Assembly (NCBI RefSeq): GCF_006345805.1
Contig: NC_043025.1
Coordinates: forward strand, 9,176,001 to 9,240,000
DNA from: Octopus sinensis
Taxonomy: Eukaryota
Length of the DNA: 64,000 nt
Direction of reading: 5' to 3'
Made by a program: the position numbers and the translations under genes. The notes below the pieces were generated by a model. That model was not told the DNA's origin and searched no databases. It saw nothing but the letters and a program-made list of their open reading frames with translations. The stretch's first letter is position 1, and every line of letters starts with the position of its first letter. Positions 41,809 through 56,619 of this stretch are shown here, in pieces.

Positions 41809-43025
41809 CTTCATCCTACGTGGATACCCCCTCACCACTGTCCACACTGCCCTTGCCAGAGCACGTTCCGTGGACCGTGTATCTGCTCTCTCTCCCCGAA
41901 CCCGCCCTGTAGTCTCCCGCCTCCCTTTTCCCCTCACTTACCACCCCACGACCCTACCTCTCCAACGCACCATTCTTCGAGCTTTCCATCATCTCCAGTC
42001 CGACCCGTCCACTTCACACCTCTTCCCTAACCGACCCCTCCCCCTTTCAAACGAGCCCATAACCTTCGAGACCTTTTGGTCCATAGCTCCTTCCCTGACC
42101 CTACCTCCCAACCTGGCTCGTTCCCCTGCTCCCGCCCACGCTGCCGCACTTGCCCTTACCTCTCCAACAACACCTTCCTCACTGGCGCCCATCATCGACC
42201 CTATCGCATCATCAACTCCTTCACCTGCACCTCCAGCAATATTATCTATTGCGTCTCTTGCTCTCTCTGCCATTCCCTGTACATCGGACAAACGGGACGC
42301 CGTTTGGCTGACCGGTTCGCGGAACACCTTCGTGACATCCGCCTTGCGAACGACACACCGGTCTCACGCCATTTCCGCTCCACCGGTCACTCCTTGCAAC
42401 ACCTGTCTGTGTTCGGTTTGTCCTTACACAGAGGTCATCCGGATTCCCGTTTGCGCCGTGAACAGGAATTAATCTTCTCTCTTCGCTCTTATACGCCATT
42501 TGGTCTCAACTCTCCCCCCTCCTCATCTAACCTCCCCCCCGACCCCTACTTCTCTTCAGTCCTTCATCCTTTCACCCTACTCCTCTTCCCTTCTTCCGTC
42601 TTTCTCCCTCCCTCCTTCTTCCCTCTTCCCCTTCCCTCTGCTCCCTCACTCCCCTTCTCTCTCTCTCCCCCTCTCCCTCTATCCCCCCTCCTCCTCTCCC
42701 CTCCTCTCCTTCCTTCTCCCCCCTCCTCTTCTCCTCTCCTTCCATCTCCCCCTTCCCCTTCCCCCTCCTCTTCTCCCCTTTCTTCTCCCCTCTTCTCCCC
42801 TTTCTTTCTCCCCCCTCAGATCGCCATGTTGATTCGCTAGCTTCTGCACGCAATTTTTTTTCTCTCCTTTCTGTGTTTTTTCTCTGTGTATCTTTCTGTT
42901 GAAGAGCGTAGGCTCGAAACGTTAAAGACTTGTTTTATTTATATTTCCTGAGCGCCATACTAATACAATTCTTTGTTTGTATTCCACCTGCCTTCGTCTT
43001 TTGTCTATTTTCATAAAGCTTCCCG

Positions 43026-43026
<1 letters not shown>
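41809..43026 (+). mobile_element. Neptune-like PLE (duplicate of 27830-29052)
   Basis: Same GIY-YIG ORF and flanks. Confidence 0.9.
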
Positions 43027-43113
<87 letters not shown>

Positions 43114-45189
43114 TTATATTTATATATATATATATATAATATTAATTAGAGACAAAACCACTATTATGCAAATCAAAGAAAGAAAAACTTAATCCAATAC
43201 ATAAAAATTTAATATAAAATATAATTAAGATATCCACTACGATCGTTTCTTCTCACTTCTAAGGACATTCATCAGGTGGTTTCAAGACCTAAAAAATAAT
43301 CAATATTTTTAAGATATAAATTTGAAATGACTAAAATATATAAAATATAAAATTATCAATGAAAAAATATATATAATCAAGAACTAAAATAACCTCTATA
43401 AACGATTGAATATAATGAAACCTAGTATTTAAATTCTCATATTTGAAGATGAAATGACTAATTACAAAAAACAAAAAACAAAAAACAAAAAATAAAAAAT
43501 ATATATATACACACATGCTCATGCACATATATCCATGTATGTATATAAACATATCTAAATACATACACAAACTCACACACACATATATATATCTATAAAT
43601 ACACATAAACATATAGACAAATAAATTTATAATGTAGCCGTATACTTCTACACATTACTTATTCATACTCCCACACACACACATACAATCCCTCATTCAT
43701 AAACATATTCTCTCAGCATGATAATATCACAGAGGAAATATAATATCCAGTAGCCGCAGATACTCAACCACAACTTATAGAAATATTTCATTCTTAGTAA
43801 AATATTATTAAATACTATATACAATATATATGTAATAACCATATATAAATACGTAAACAAACACACACACATATATATTCTATATACTATATGCATATAA
43901 TAAACATATATAAATACTTAAACAAACACACACACACGTATATATTTATACATACACAAATACATAAAAACAATATTTCTACACATCAAGAATCGTGATC
44001 TCGTTTTTAAACGCGCATTAGGAGATAGGACCGGACGTTCCTTAACTCGCTCATTCCATATTAACGTAGAAGACAATAAAACCTAATTTGCCGAGAACCC
44101 TTCCGTTTGCCTCATTTGCCGATTCAGTTCAGATATAGGTAAGATTATCAAGATGTCATCAGACAGGCTTATACCCCCAACTACATCCAACGTACACACT
44201 ACACCTATGGACTGAAATTATTCAAGCCGTCCAGTGGTTTAATTCCTAAGCCCTAAACATACTTTTACATTCATCCAGATCCACATAGACCAAATTACTC
44301 TAGTGTATCACCTATCCTTCTCAACAAAGTCATTTTTGCAATGATACGATCTAACCTCTCTTGTGACGATATTGATATCATCTTGGCCGCCCGTCGACAT
44401 ATGATAAAACTGGGTAATTCTGGACCAATAGAGACATTCGGGATTCTCGCAACCGCGGAATCGAACAGGTAAGAAAAAGAGTATCTTTTTGTAGCAGTCT
44501 TAAAACTGCTAATTTCCTAGATGTCACCCGCGATCTACAACGCCAAATTTTCTATCTATCCCATAAACTTGAGGAGAACCTCAACTACGTCAACTTTTCC
44601 TCCAACCACAACGCCATCTGTCCTAACTCTATCGTAGATATCGTATCAAAACGGATTTCATCACTGTCCGCAGTAAGGAAATATTCGAACAATACGCTGA
44701 ATATTATAATTTCGCGACGGTTATAAGAATTCGATCGAATATACCCCTATGTGGAACATGTCTCCCTTTACTAAACTCGGAACCAAGAATACACCCGTCC
44801 TCCAAATAAAAACAAAAAATATCCCGCATAACCCATCGTCCTACTACTCTCCCAAATTTTAAAGCAGTAGATGATCTAACAAGCAATCTCCCCACTCGGT
44901 GAACATGAACACTAACCTCGTCTCTGCCCGCCGATACCAACACCCGTATGCCCTTCCAAAACCCTTTATATACTCGGATAAACCTATCAATCGGAATAAG
45001 ATAACAAGAACACCTGAAGTTATCTGGTTCTGGTTCTCTAAAACATTCTTCTTTTTTCCCAACAGAAAAAAAACGAGGTATTGAACCCCTCACTACAGTT
45101 TTTACAATTCTAGGACTAAATAGTCCATAACAAATAATAACATACAATAATATACAATAAAACATTCAATATAGAATCAACACTAGTCC

Positions 45190-46925
45190 ATTTACAAATG
45201 AAGCACTGAGCTTCTTACACATTATAACACTGAGGCTATTCAACCTCTTGTCAATCCTCATCATCGCTTGTGTACATGTACTTCACCATCGCCCATGCTT
45301 GCTTTAAAATCAAGGCGGACTCCGAGTTGGCGTCACCCGGCCACGAGCGATATTCCTCTTTTAGTCCCCCCAGCCTATGTAACATGCGTAACCTTATCAC
45401 CTCCACAGCTATCTGCGGAAGCCATTCGGGTTACCGTGCGAAGGCCAAAAGTACTCCCTTGTAGTGTTCTACCACCACCTTTTCCACCACTTCCCCTCTA
45501 TAACAGAAGTCCAGCGTTTCTTCCTCCTCCGGGTCCGAGGTAGTCAATTCTACCGTTGGCTGCACAATTCTTACCAAGTGTGTCTACCCACGCAACCCCG
45601 CCGGTGGAACAACCCCCACCGATGAGGCTCCATGTCTCCGACTGCCGGCAATATCCCGTTTCTTCTCTTCCTCTTTTTTCTTCTTGACTGTGGGAGGGTG
45701 CGTCTCCTCCGTGACCGGGACATGTGCCTGCCCTCCCTCATTCCCAGAATCCTTCGGTGAGCACCCATTATTACTCACCTTCTTCATTTTGCGGCTCTTC
45801 TTTGAGGCATCCTCTGACACCTCGGCTGCCTTCAATTCCTCCTCTACAGTGTTCTCCGTCAAACGCTCCAGGACTTTGCTTTGCCGTTGAGGACAGTTCT
45901 TTTTTTATATGGCCAGGCTCCAGACACCGATGACACTTGGGGGGGCTCCCTCAAGCATCACCGGATACTTGGACCCGCCCATTCTCAAAAAGTCTGGAAA
46001 TTCCAGACTTTCCTCTGACTGGATCCAGAGGGTCAAAACAGCTTTTGATCCCTCCCAGCAAGCCGCAGGTAGAATATTTACATTGAAGAGCTTGGTGCTA
46101 CTGCCACCCAGACCCCGGCAGATAGTATCTCCTATCCACTCGGGCTGAACTCCGAGTGATAAGCCGTAAGCCCAAGCGTCGTCAACTTCTTCCCACAATA
46201 AGTGGGAAGAAACAAAATTTCATTGCCTTCCAGGAGCTGGCTCGCAAAATCACAATCTATTTCTGGGGAGTCAAACAGCAACCACACGGTTGCATATTTG
46301 ACCCTCCGAGTGATAAACTTGATATCTGGCTTAAATTCTGCCATCTCTCTTTCGATTATATTTTTTGAAAACAGCAATGGCGTCGAGGATCCTAGAGTAG
46401 GTCCTCAAAATCACCGTCTTACTTTCAAGTTCTTTTAATCATCCTTTGGATGGTATAAATTCCAAATCCACCAGCTTCCCATTGTTCTTTGCCATGTTTC
46501 TTTTAAAAAAAGTCCAAAAAACACTTCATAAAATACAAAATAATTAAGGAAAAAGAAGGAAGAGAAAAAGTCCAAACAAAAAAGGAGAAAAAATTAACAG
46601 TTCAATAAAGTGTCTTTTTTTAAATAAAAGAGATTCGAAGAGAGAGAGCAGCAGTTCAAAACACAACAAAAGCCACTTCGTACTCCAGGCCAAAATGTTA
46701 ACACAAATCATTCCAATTTTCTTCTCATAGGTACTCCTTAACAGGAACAATATTGTTGAAATCTTTTCTAAAAATTCCGAGAGTTATTCCTGAACAAACG
46801 CTATTCTCAAATACAATTTTGCGCAGGATACGCCCACCAAAACAATAATTTTCACAGTTAAGTGAAAACATATTCACTCAGCTACAGGTAGACTAGAATC
46901 CAGTGAAGACTTCTTGTGTGTAAAT
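45190..46925 (-). mobile_element. ORF1-only retroelement (duplicate of 31200-32940)
   Basis: Near-identical copy with a different poly-G length at ~45940. Confidence 0.65.
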
Positions 46926-47835
46926 AATTGCCGCAGACAACAGGTCCCCACTGGACCCCCACCCACCAAAGTTTTACCTTACAACTGAGGTTCAAAAATC
47001 TTCAATTTAAGACGGCTTCAAATACATGTCTTTACAGTTTCAGTAGCAAACACAACTCTGGTTCGCACATGCTCAATGAGGTAAGCAAGCTACTTACCAC
47101 ACAGCCACTCCTGCACTTGTTCTGGTGATGATATTAAATTTTTTTTTCACCTCAACGTTGGAAATGATGGCAGGAAGGTCTTTAAAAATTTTTTGAATGT
47201 GTGTTGATTTTTTTTCAAATCCCCAATCCCAATCGGTACCGATTTTAGCCAATGCTTTTGAATGACGCATGAACAAAAGTTTTAAATGAAAAACTTTGGA
47301 AATCGGTGATCACCATTATAATCCACACTTTTTTTCAAACAAAATGTGAAACGTAATTTGAAAACAAAGCGACATTCCACGGAATTAATAATAAACCTTT
47401 TCAGTGACTCCTGAATAATTTATCCAAAAAATCTGAAAGCGTAGACTGTTTTGTGTGTGTATGAAAGGAATGTTTCTCATCTGCTATTCAATGAAAATTG
47501 AAGGAAACTGATAATTACTTAATGCACTTTATATATATACTTTATATACTTCATGTACGATTTTATAGACTTAATACACAGCAATCATAAAATAAATATT
47601 CAATTTTTTATTCTTTTTTCCCCATTGAGAGAAAATAATTACATTTTAAAATTTACATGGCCACAAACTCATATCAAGAAAACAGAAAATATTATAGTAA
47701 AAAAATGATTTTATAGGTAAAACAGAGGGTTGAAAATTTAATGCAACATGGCATCGTCTGAAAGCCACATCGTTGTAGATCATAAGAAAGGCGGTGCATC
47801 AGAGCTTATACATATTTCAATTTGCGTACACCTTT

Positions 47836-50235
47836 CAATCTAATACTTCGTTTCAGATTGTGCTGTTCGCGTAACTTCTCCCTCTTCTTTTCCCTTGTTT
47901 GTCAGTGTTGATAACTTTAACTTTAATATCAGATAATGTTTGTGAGCCGTTGGGAAACAACATATAGTTGACCATTAATACGCAGTTTCAGGCAAGAATA
48001 GCTCCAGTTTATCGAACGCCTGCCCATGTGATTTATTGATAGTCATTGCAAATGTCAAGCGAACGGGATTGGTGTCTCAGTACCAGCTTTTCCTGTGAAT
48101 GAGAATACGTCTCCCGATCACTATGCCACTTATTATTGAGGCTTCAATCGAGATTTGATGGAGGGCCTCAACTACCAGTCTTGTTCCTTTATAGCCTTTA
48201 TAGAGACCATTTTCTATTGAAATATTACTAAAGAGCATTATTATGGAGTCAGGTTTCAAATACAATCTAAGAGGTGGCATTCCAGATGGTGTCCATGGAA
48301 TCAGAAATTCCAGTGGATATCGCTCAGCTTCAGGAGGTCATCTATGAAGATCTTATCCATGCTGTAATAAAAGCACTGGTCCCCTGGAAGTTTATCCATA
48401 ACCCCTTCATTTATCTTTAAGTAGTCTGAACTTTTTGGTGAGAGGATCACTCTACTTGTTCTTTGTTCTTGAGGGGCATTGCCAAAAAGCATCATTTATC
48501 AGCGACCCATTAAAGCATGAATCATGTAGCAGTTTTACATCATCACTGACTCACTTGGATCTTGCACAAGAGCTGTCGTGCCATTATCAAAGTGTAGTGG
48601 TCATGTTGCGAATTCTCTTCGATCTGTTATTGCTCTATTTTGGCTCAACATATAAATGTATGAAGTGTAACCAGAGAGGAGAGTTCTCAATGCAGACCTC
48701 AATTACTGCCTCACGAGTTCCTCTTGGCAATATTGGCAGAACTTGCCTGAAGTCTCTACCAATGAACACAGCTTTTCAACCGAAACCTTTATTGTTGCCA
48801 GTGATTTCTTTCAGAGCTTTGGCATTAGCATGAAAAGCATACAGAGAGATCGTGGAAGCCTCATCTATAATAATCAAATACAAATTTCTCAAATAATTTG
48901 TGTGGTCAGACGTGGGTGGTACATTGCAAAAGCTAGTTTCCAACAGAGGAACGGGCAATTTGAACAAACTGTGCACCATCTTTCCACCAGACATCAATGT
49001 TGAAGCTATGCCTCTCCACGAACCACAGCAAACTTGATAGGTTCTCCTTCGTAGATGGGAGATCAGTGTATTAAATATGTAATTCTTCTCCCAACCTCCA
49101 GGAACATCTGCACAGAAACAGGAACATTCCTGCACCTCACCTCACCCTTTTAACTGTCTTCAATGACTGAATCAGTGACCACTCTCTGTTCATCACTAAG
49201 GGTTGGAATGAGTGGGTGGTTCACGTCCTCTTTATGCTCAACCCGTTACACTCCAACCGGTTCATGCAAGGCAGTATAAAGGCAGCTAGTGCTATTTTCA
49301 ATTAGCACGGAATTTATGGAGTGTAGAGTCTGCATTCTGACCTCGCTGAACATAGTCTTCCATCATAGAGTACTTGTAAGTGTTTCCACAGGCGAAGGAC
49401 ATTAAACAGCCATTCTCCATACAAAGGTCATGTACCATGAATTTATTTAACTAGATCATGCTAGACGGGGCCATCATTTCAATCAGAAATTTCGGTTAAT
49501 ACCATTCTGTCTACATCATCTCTGATCTTCACTTTGTCTACGAGCATATGGCAGTGTGGAAGTCCACTATTTTGAAACTCGATGATATGGGCATGAAAGA
49601 TTGATACATCAAATACGTGTCTGTCCTTTATATCCTTCAGACGTTCAGTGAGATACAACTTGTACACTCTTGCAACCAAATCTGGTCAGTTTCCTTGTGT
49701 CCCATTTTGCTGCAGATTATTTTCTATTTCATGGCACTTAAGGTTGGATGTATATGTGACAATTAAGTCAGGTTTACCATACTCTGATGCAATCGGCATT
49801 GCATCCTGATTATATTGATGCATATTCCGAGTACAGCTCCTGACTCAACATTCTCATCAGCTGCTCTCTGCAGGTAGTCCATAAGTCCACTGTACTGCTC
49901 TACGAGCAACTGGGCCTGATGGTCCCCAAGGTACTGCAATCAGCAACCCTAAATTACATCGTGAGTCGTCTGCGAGCGGATGTTCTGCGTTTCGCCACGT
50001 ATAGAATCCCACAGTGCCATCCGGACTTTACATGAGGGAATATAAGTAGATAGCTCATTGGGACTAGATGGCACAATGTCTACGCGATTCACTCTGCAGG
50101 GGTATTCCATGGATAGACAAGAATGTCTCTATTTTCACGGTGCAGCTATTTCATTGCTTGTGGAAAAATTGGAACGATTTATATAATCCCTTCCTCTGAA
50201 GTGTAGTTCACACTTTCGTAATTACACATTTTACC
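47836..50235 (-). mobile_element. Decayed Helitron remnant H2
   Basis: HIIEFQNSGLPHCHMLVDK (HUH), GIASTLMSGGKMVHSLFKLP and LIIIDEAS. Lacks ~0.9 kb present in H1. Confidence 0.85.
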
Positions 50236-50846
50236 TGCTGGCACTTTCATTCTCTTGTTGTTCAATTAAGTGCTTATTCCTATATAACTCATCTTTTTTC
50301 AACTGCTTTATCCTCTCTTGAGGAGTCATTTTCGTTTCTTCGTCTTCTTCTACCACTTTGCTACATATATACTATCCCTGATTTATTTTCCTTCACCATC
50401 CCCCTCCCCCTCCTCCCCCTCATCATCATCATCAGTATCATCTTCAGCGCTATCATATTTATAGTCCTTCTGCTAATCATATTTTCGTATTCACTAATCG
50501 TTATAATTTATCTTGTCATCATAACTATTTCCTTCCACCATTTACTCTGCTATTTCTAGCATGCAGAATCATCATCACCTTCCTAATCAAAGTCGTCATT
50601 AACCAATTCATCGGTAGCCTTTCTCATTGTTTTCGATAATAATCATCATCATTATCCCCCTTTTCCTCCTCACCGTCATTATTATAACATTTACCATCAA
50701 CATCGCCACCCTCCTCCCCCTCATCATCATCATCATCATCCCTGCCATTTTCTCTTTTCTTTATATGATTCTGAAGATACAAGATCTCATATTTTATTAG
50801 AAATCTTTTTAATACTCTTTCCTTTTAACTGTGTTTTTTATTTCAG

Positions 50847-50918
50847 AGATTTCGATACGAATAAGATCACGACTATCCAAGAAGCAGCCTTTCAAAATCT
50901 TCCAAGTTTACGCTGTTT
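50847..50918 (+). CDS. 72-nt LRR exon C
   Basis: tatttcAG | A GAT TTC GAT ACG AAT AAG ATC ACG ACT ATC CAA GAA GCA GCC TTT CAA AAT CTT CCA AGT TTA CGC TGT TT | GTaagt = DFDTNKITTIQEAAFQNLPSLRC(L). 72 nt, open, same phase. Confidence 0.88.
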
Positions 50919-51324
50919 GTAAGTTGGATCAGTTTTTTTGATATTATTTTATTCACAAAATTGTTCTATAAATTTAATGTCTATCATTCTTTCTCTCGCT
51001 CTATCTCTATCTTATGTTCTGCTACTGTATTCCTGTTTGAATGCATATGAAGGTGTCTACGATTGTTTCTCCCTATCCCTCTCTTTCTGCTCCACTCTTC
51101 GACTTACTTTCGTTTTCTCATTCCTTTTTCTTTCTCTTGGTCTCTCTTTCCATTCAACTAATCACGTGAAAGCATTACAGTCACGTTCCTTCTACCTTAG
51201 AGAAAGCGTTACCGACGGACTAATTAACATAATGACAAGCAGAATTATTATAAGATCAGAAATATTATATTTAGGTTTTCTTCATGACAGACTCCTTCGT
51301 TTCCTCCTTATTTTTTACATCATT

Positions 51325-51326
51325 GC

Positions 51327-51361
<35 letters not shown>

Positions 51362-51411
51362 TTCATCATCATCATCATCATCATCATCATCTTCTTCTTC
51401 TCCTTCTTCTT

Positions 51412-51445
<34 letters not shown>

Positions 51446-51470
51446 CACTACTACTGCTGCTGCTGCTGCT
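51325..51470. repeat. Compound trinucleotide microsatellite (CAT)n(CTT)n(CTA)n(CTG)n
   Basis: Direct reading. Confidence 0.9.
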
Positions 51471-51761
51471 TCATCGTTGTTTCCTTTTTCGGCCTATTCT
51501 TCATCATCAACTTTCTCTTATGTTAGTCATCTTCTTCATAAGATCACGATATGACATCCAATGTCATTTCCACAAACTAAACGTCTCTCTTATCTTGTTT
51601 ATTTACCCTCATTCTTCTACAATTCATATTGTCTTGCAATTTGTGTGTGCCTGTGTGCAAGAAAGTGGGAATATATGTGTGGGCTGGAAGTGAGAGTGTG
51701 CGTTCATACATCAGGGTTTGATAACGTATATATAGGTGTATGTGTTTATGTGCATTTATAC

Positions 51762-51815
<54 letters not shown>

Positions 51816-51819
<4 letters not shown>

Positions 51820-54145
51820 AAATAAGCAACAAGAATGACTCCGGTAATTTGGTACGATCGTTTCGCACTACATCATTTTATTAAATGTTGTAAGTATTAC
51901 AACAGTATTAAAATGTTGAGCACTCATCAGCCATTATTAGAGGTTTTCCATTAATACATAATTTTCATATCAAGTCGCAACATTATAGAGAAGGTAGATG
52001 TATAGAGAAAGATGTGGATTTAAATTTTAAGAACATTTGAGGTAGTCAACTGACTGACTAAGATTCAGTTGTTCCAGACTACTGTAAGGTTCTGAGAGGG
52101 AGAATGAATGAATGAAAGGCGACAATAAAGATTTTCTATTTATAGAAATGGGGTGAGATGGATGTCAGAGCTCCATATAAAGGAATTTATGTAGAAGACA
52201 GGAGTGTCACAACTAAATGCCAATTACTACTATTTGATGAACAGATCCAGCGTTAGGAGAACTAGGTCAATGACAAATGGTCACAATAACATTCACAGAG
52301 AATGCAGAGACCTTATAAAAGCCATGCACATCATCACAACAATCAGCCTATAGGGTCCGAGTACTTTGACACGTTAGAATAAAGGGAAAATATATATATA
52401 AAATTTATTCAATTCATAGAAAAGACTATCACTTATTATGAGTAGGCATAGTACTTATTAACTGGGGGAAAATCCTTATTAATCAAATGAATATATTAGG
52501 GGTCAAAATATATACTAGGAAAGATGGAAGAGGTCACAATAACATTCACAGTTGGTCTATAAGTTCCGAGTACTTTGACACTTTAAAATAAAGGAAAAAA
52601 CATAACTCTAAAATTTATTCAATTTGGAGAAAAAGTCTATCACTTATTATGAGTAGGCATAGTACTTATTAACTGGGGGGAAAAGTCATATTAATCAAGT
52701 GAACATATTAGGGGTCAAAATATATCCTAAGAAAGATGGATAAGGAAAAATCAAAGAAGCAAGAAATTCGTAGGTTTAGTAGTAGGTGGTTTAATAATAT
52801 GAAGAGAGGTAATTTAGAAGAGTAAATTATTCAGATTTCATAGATAGTGAGTTGATATTAATGAATTAAAATATAGGATCTGTTGGAAATAATATTTACT
52901 ACCTGCGGATAAAGGTCAATTAGTTAGGTAATAATATCTTAGGTTAATTATATGTTAAGAAATTGAAGTGAGATAATCAAGATGAACCAAATAGTTTCCC
53001 TAGGGACATAGTATTAATACTTTTTAGTATTGGAGAACACTATAAATATAAGAATTTAATTCTAAGTTTGCAATGAAGTTCTTTAGTCATATATGAGTGT
53101 TAAACTAAAACCAGTATGGTATATTCGTTCATATTAGGTTAAATATATTTCGTAAAGATATCTTAGACTAATTATATATTAAGAAATGGAAGTGAGATAA
53201 TCAAGGGGAACCGAATAGTTTTCTTGGGGACATAGGATTCATATTATTTAGTATTCATACTATTTGGAATTCATACTATTTGGAATTCATACTATTTAGG
53301 ATTCCAACTATTTAGATTCATACAGTTTAATTTTAGAAAAAAGAAGAATTCAATTTTAAGTTTGCAGTGAAGTTTTCTTAGTCATCTATGAATGTTAATT
53401 TGAAAGCCAGTATGGTATATTCGTTTTTATTTGGTTAAAAATAATTAAAATTTGAAAAATTTAGGAATATTCAGAATTTTATTCTTTAAAGTATTTAATC
53501 GTACGGGTCGGGTCGTACGATGTATACAAGATAATCCTTGTTCCAAACGGTAATTCAACAGATTTGTATTACTCTGATGTTTCAAAATTTCATAAGTTTC
53601 CATAGAACAAAGTTGACAACCATCCCTACTATTTCAATAAGGTTGTTCTCTTCTTACTATATCCCATTTTAGATTGAATTCTATATTATTTGTTTATAGT
53701 TCCCAAATTTTACTAGACAATGTTGTGCGACCTGCTTTATGTTTGAGCCTAACGGAGGAAAAATTATTGTTTAGACGTTTTTTTAAAATCTAGCGAACAA
53801 CCGAAATAAAGAAAACTGTTGTTAGAAGTTATTATCGTGCATTTATAAATCACGTTTTGGACCGAACAACGGCCAGATACCGGACATTTTGATCTAATCC
53901 TATAATTACAACTGGGGGGGGGGGGATAGCTTCCAGTACTAGTATTATTTAAGGACAGTTCACTTCCATTACTGTTATCTGAATTATGGTTAGTATTAGT
54001 ATTATTTTCACTCTTAGTAATTACGTTGTTATGTAAATTAGGGTTACTAGTTATTAATCCATCCTCATTATCATCACCTACTACACTTTTATCTATACTA
54101 TCTATATTATTGGTATTGTTATTATCACTATTTACATCAATGTTG

Positions 54146-54182
<37 letters not shown>

Positions 54183-54410
54183 TTTTACAATTATTATTAT
54201 TATCATTGTCGTTACTATTCATTCTATTCCTAGCTAACTTAATGTTTTTAAGCTATTATGGTAGCCATATTTGGGAGTGTAGAATATTCAGGGGTGATTG
54301 GATAACTTATTTACATATCTGGTAACTTCACTCTCCTTTCTAAATGGGTAATGTAACTTTGAGTTTAAGTCTAAGGTAACGTCTTGGAAATTGTTGTTAT
54401 TTTATATAAG
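51816..54410 (-). mobile_element. Penelope-type PLE copy L (5'-truncated, internally deleted)
   Basis: Reverse complement of 59540-62874 with ~0.6 kb missing between the RT piece and the linker. GIY-YIG N-terminus CNYRIRSKCPVSGRCSVQNVIYKCTII...LYFGCSLDFKK. Flanked by (TA)n. Confidence 0.9.
51850..51933 (-). ncRNA. Type I hammerhead ribozyme (copy in PLE L)
   Basis: Same 84-nt architecture on the minus strand. Substitutions relative to the + copy fall in loops or unpaired parts of stem II. Confidence 0.72.
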
Positions 54411-54662
54411 TTTAGCATATATATATATATGTTTGCGTTTGTCTGATGTGTGACTATAGTACTTGTATTTATATTCTTTTATTCCCACTTCTTTCCCTAT
54501 TCTGATATAACACGTTATTTTTCTTGTCCTAATATATCTTGTTTTCCTGCATTTATCGTCTTCATCATAAATTTTTCTCTACATTTATCTTATTCATAAT
54601 TTTCTGGTTCTTCTGCTTTTAATTTTTTCAACTGCTTTCTCCTCTCTTCATGAATCATTTTC

Positions 54663-54830
54663 GCTTCTTCTTCTTCTTCTTCTTCTTCTTCTTCTTCTTC
54701 TTCTTCTTCTTCTTCTTCTTCTTCTTCTTCTTCTTCTTCTTCTTCTTCTTCTTTTTCTTCTTCTTCTTCTTCTTCTTCTTCTTCTTCTTCTTCTTCTTTT
54801 TCTTCTTTTCTTCTTCTTCTTCTTCTTCTT
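54663..54830. repeat. (CTT)n microsatellite, about 55 units
   Basis: Direct reading. The paralogous site at ~50335 has only a few CTT units. Confidence 0.95.
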
Positions 54831-54970
54831 CACTATATTTATCCGTTCTATGATTTATTTTCCCTCACCTTCTTCGTTATTCTTATCAATTTCTAATTTT
54901 TCATCACATCTTTCATCATCATCATTGTCACGATCGTTACAATCATCATCATCATCATCATCATCATCAT

Positions 54971-55009
<39 letters not shown>

Positions 55010-55454
55010 TATCATCAGTATCATCTTCAGCGCTATCATATTTATAGTCTCTCTGCTAATCATATTTTCGTATTCACTAATCGTTATAATTTATCCTGTC
55101 ATCATGACTATTTCCTTCCACCATTTACTCTGCTATTTCTAGCATGCAGAATCATCATCACCTTCGTTATGAACATCATAATAATCAACGTCGTCATCAC
55201 CAATTAATCGGTAGCGTTTCTCATCGTTTTCGATAATAATCATCATCATTATCCCCCTTTTCCTTCTCACCGTCATTATTACAACATTTACAATCAACAT
55301 CGCAATACTCCTCATCATCATCATGAACATCATCTCGGCCATTTTCTCATTCACCGTCCTCTTTTTATTAATATCATTCTAAAGATACAAGATTTAATAT
55401 TGTATAAGAAATCTTTTTAATACTCTTTCTTTTGGACTGTGTTTTATGTTTCAG

Positions 55455-55526
55455 AGATCTCAGTAGGTGTAAGATCAGAATCATCCAAAAAGGATCCTTT
55501 CAAAACCTTCCAAGTTTAGAGGAAAT
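55455..55526 (+). CDS. 72-nt LRR exon D
   Basis: atgtttcAG | A GAT CTC AGT AGG TGT AAG ATC AGA ATC ATC CAA AAA GGA TCC TTT CAA AAC CTT CCA AGT TTA GAG GAA AT | GTaagt = DLSRCKIRIIQKGSFQNLPSLEE(I/M). 72 nt, open, same phase. Confidence 0.85.
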
Positions 55527-56276
55527 GTAAGTTAATTAAGTTTTTTGATATTTTATTTATGAAATTTTTCTCGGAACTTGATGTCTTATAATCTTCCTTT
55601 TTCTCTCTGTATCTCTAACTAATGTTCTGCTACTATTTTCATGTTAGAGTTTGTATGAAGGTGTCTATGAGCGTTTGTGTCTGTATGTGTCTGCATTAAT
55701 GTCTAACATTTTGTGTATCAGTGTACGATTGTACGTGAATATGTATGTTTGTATTTGTGTCTGTAGGTGGGCATATTATGAAATATATCTTTATGCAGAG
55801 TTATACTCACTTCAAGAAAAGAAAGTATAGAAATATATTCATCCTCACTCTTTTGAGATACTGATTCAATAATATGAATTATTTTAAACACTACAATTAC
55901 ATGACGTGCTGAAGCTGGTAGTATCATTTTATATTTGTACAGTGTGCTACAGCTGGGGCAATTTGATCAAACTGTCTAGTGTGATGGCTGCATATGCCGT
56001 TTCAATTTCTTTAGGAAGGATTTTAATGTAGCTAGTCGTTCACAACATAAAACAACGTTTGGTGTGTCCCTCGTACGTTTGTGTCTGTGTGTATGCCTGA
56101 TAATTTTACTTTTTTTGCTACTTATATTACTTTTTATTCATCACCGACTTCTTCGTTGTTATTATTATTGTTGTTGTTGTGTTTGTTCTTCTTTCTCTTC
56201 TTCTTCTTCTTCTCCTTCTTTTTTCTTTTTTTTTCTTCTTCTTCTTCTTCTTCTTCTTCACCTTCTTCGTACTAAA

Positions 56277-56337
<61 letters not shown>

Positions 56338-56569
56338 AACGAAATACATTATAATCGAACCAAGTGAAACCGAGTTTAGTGAGCAGAGAACTTTTTGAAA
56401 TGTCAACTGATGAGAATCATCTGCAAAGAAAGATGCACCTCGGCCAATCGACCATTATCTCATCCGTGAGGGGCCGATTGAAGACGGGTTGAAACGGCAG
56501 TAATGATTAACGAATCTCGTAAAATCCATTTTCCATTTCTGTCATATGTGTGTGTGTGTGTGTACGTAT

Positions 56570-56619
<50 letters not shown>

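Noticed and set aside
52930-53400. Regular ~200-bp and 16-bp repeats that might suggest a CRISPR-like array
   Set aside because: Simple tandem duplications in the PLE 3' region with no unique spacers; eukaryotic context and no cas genes.
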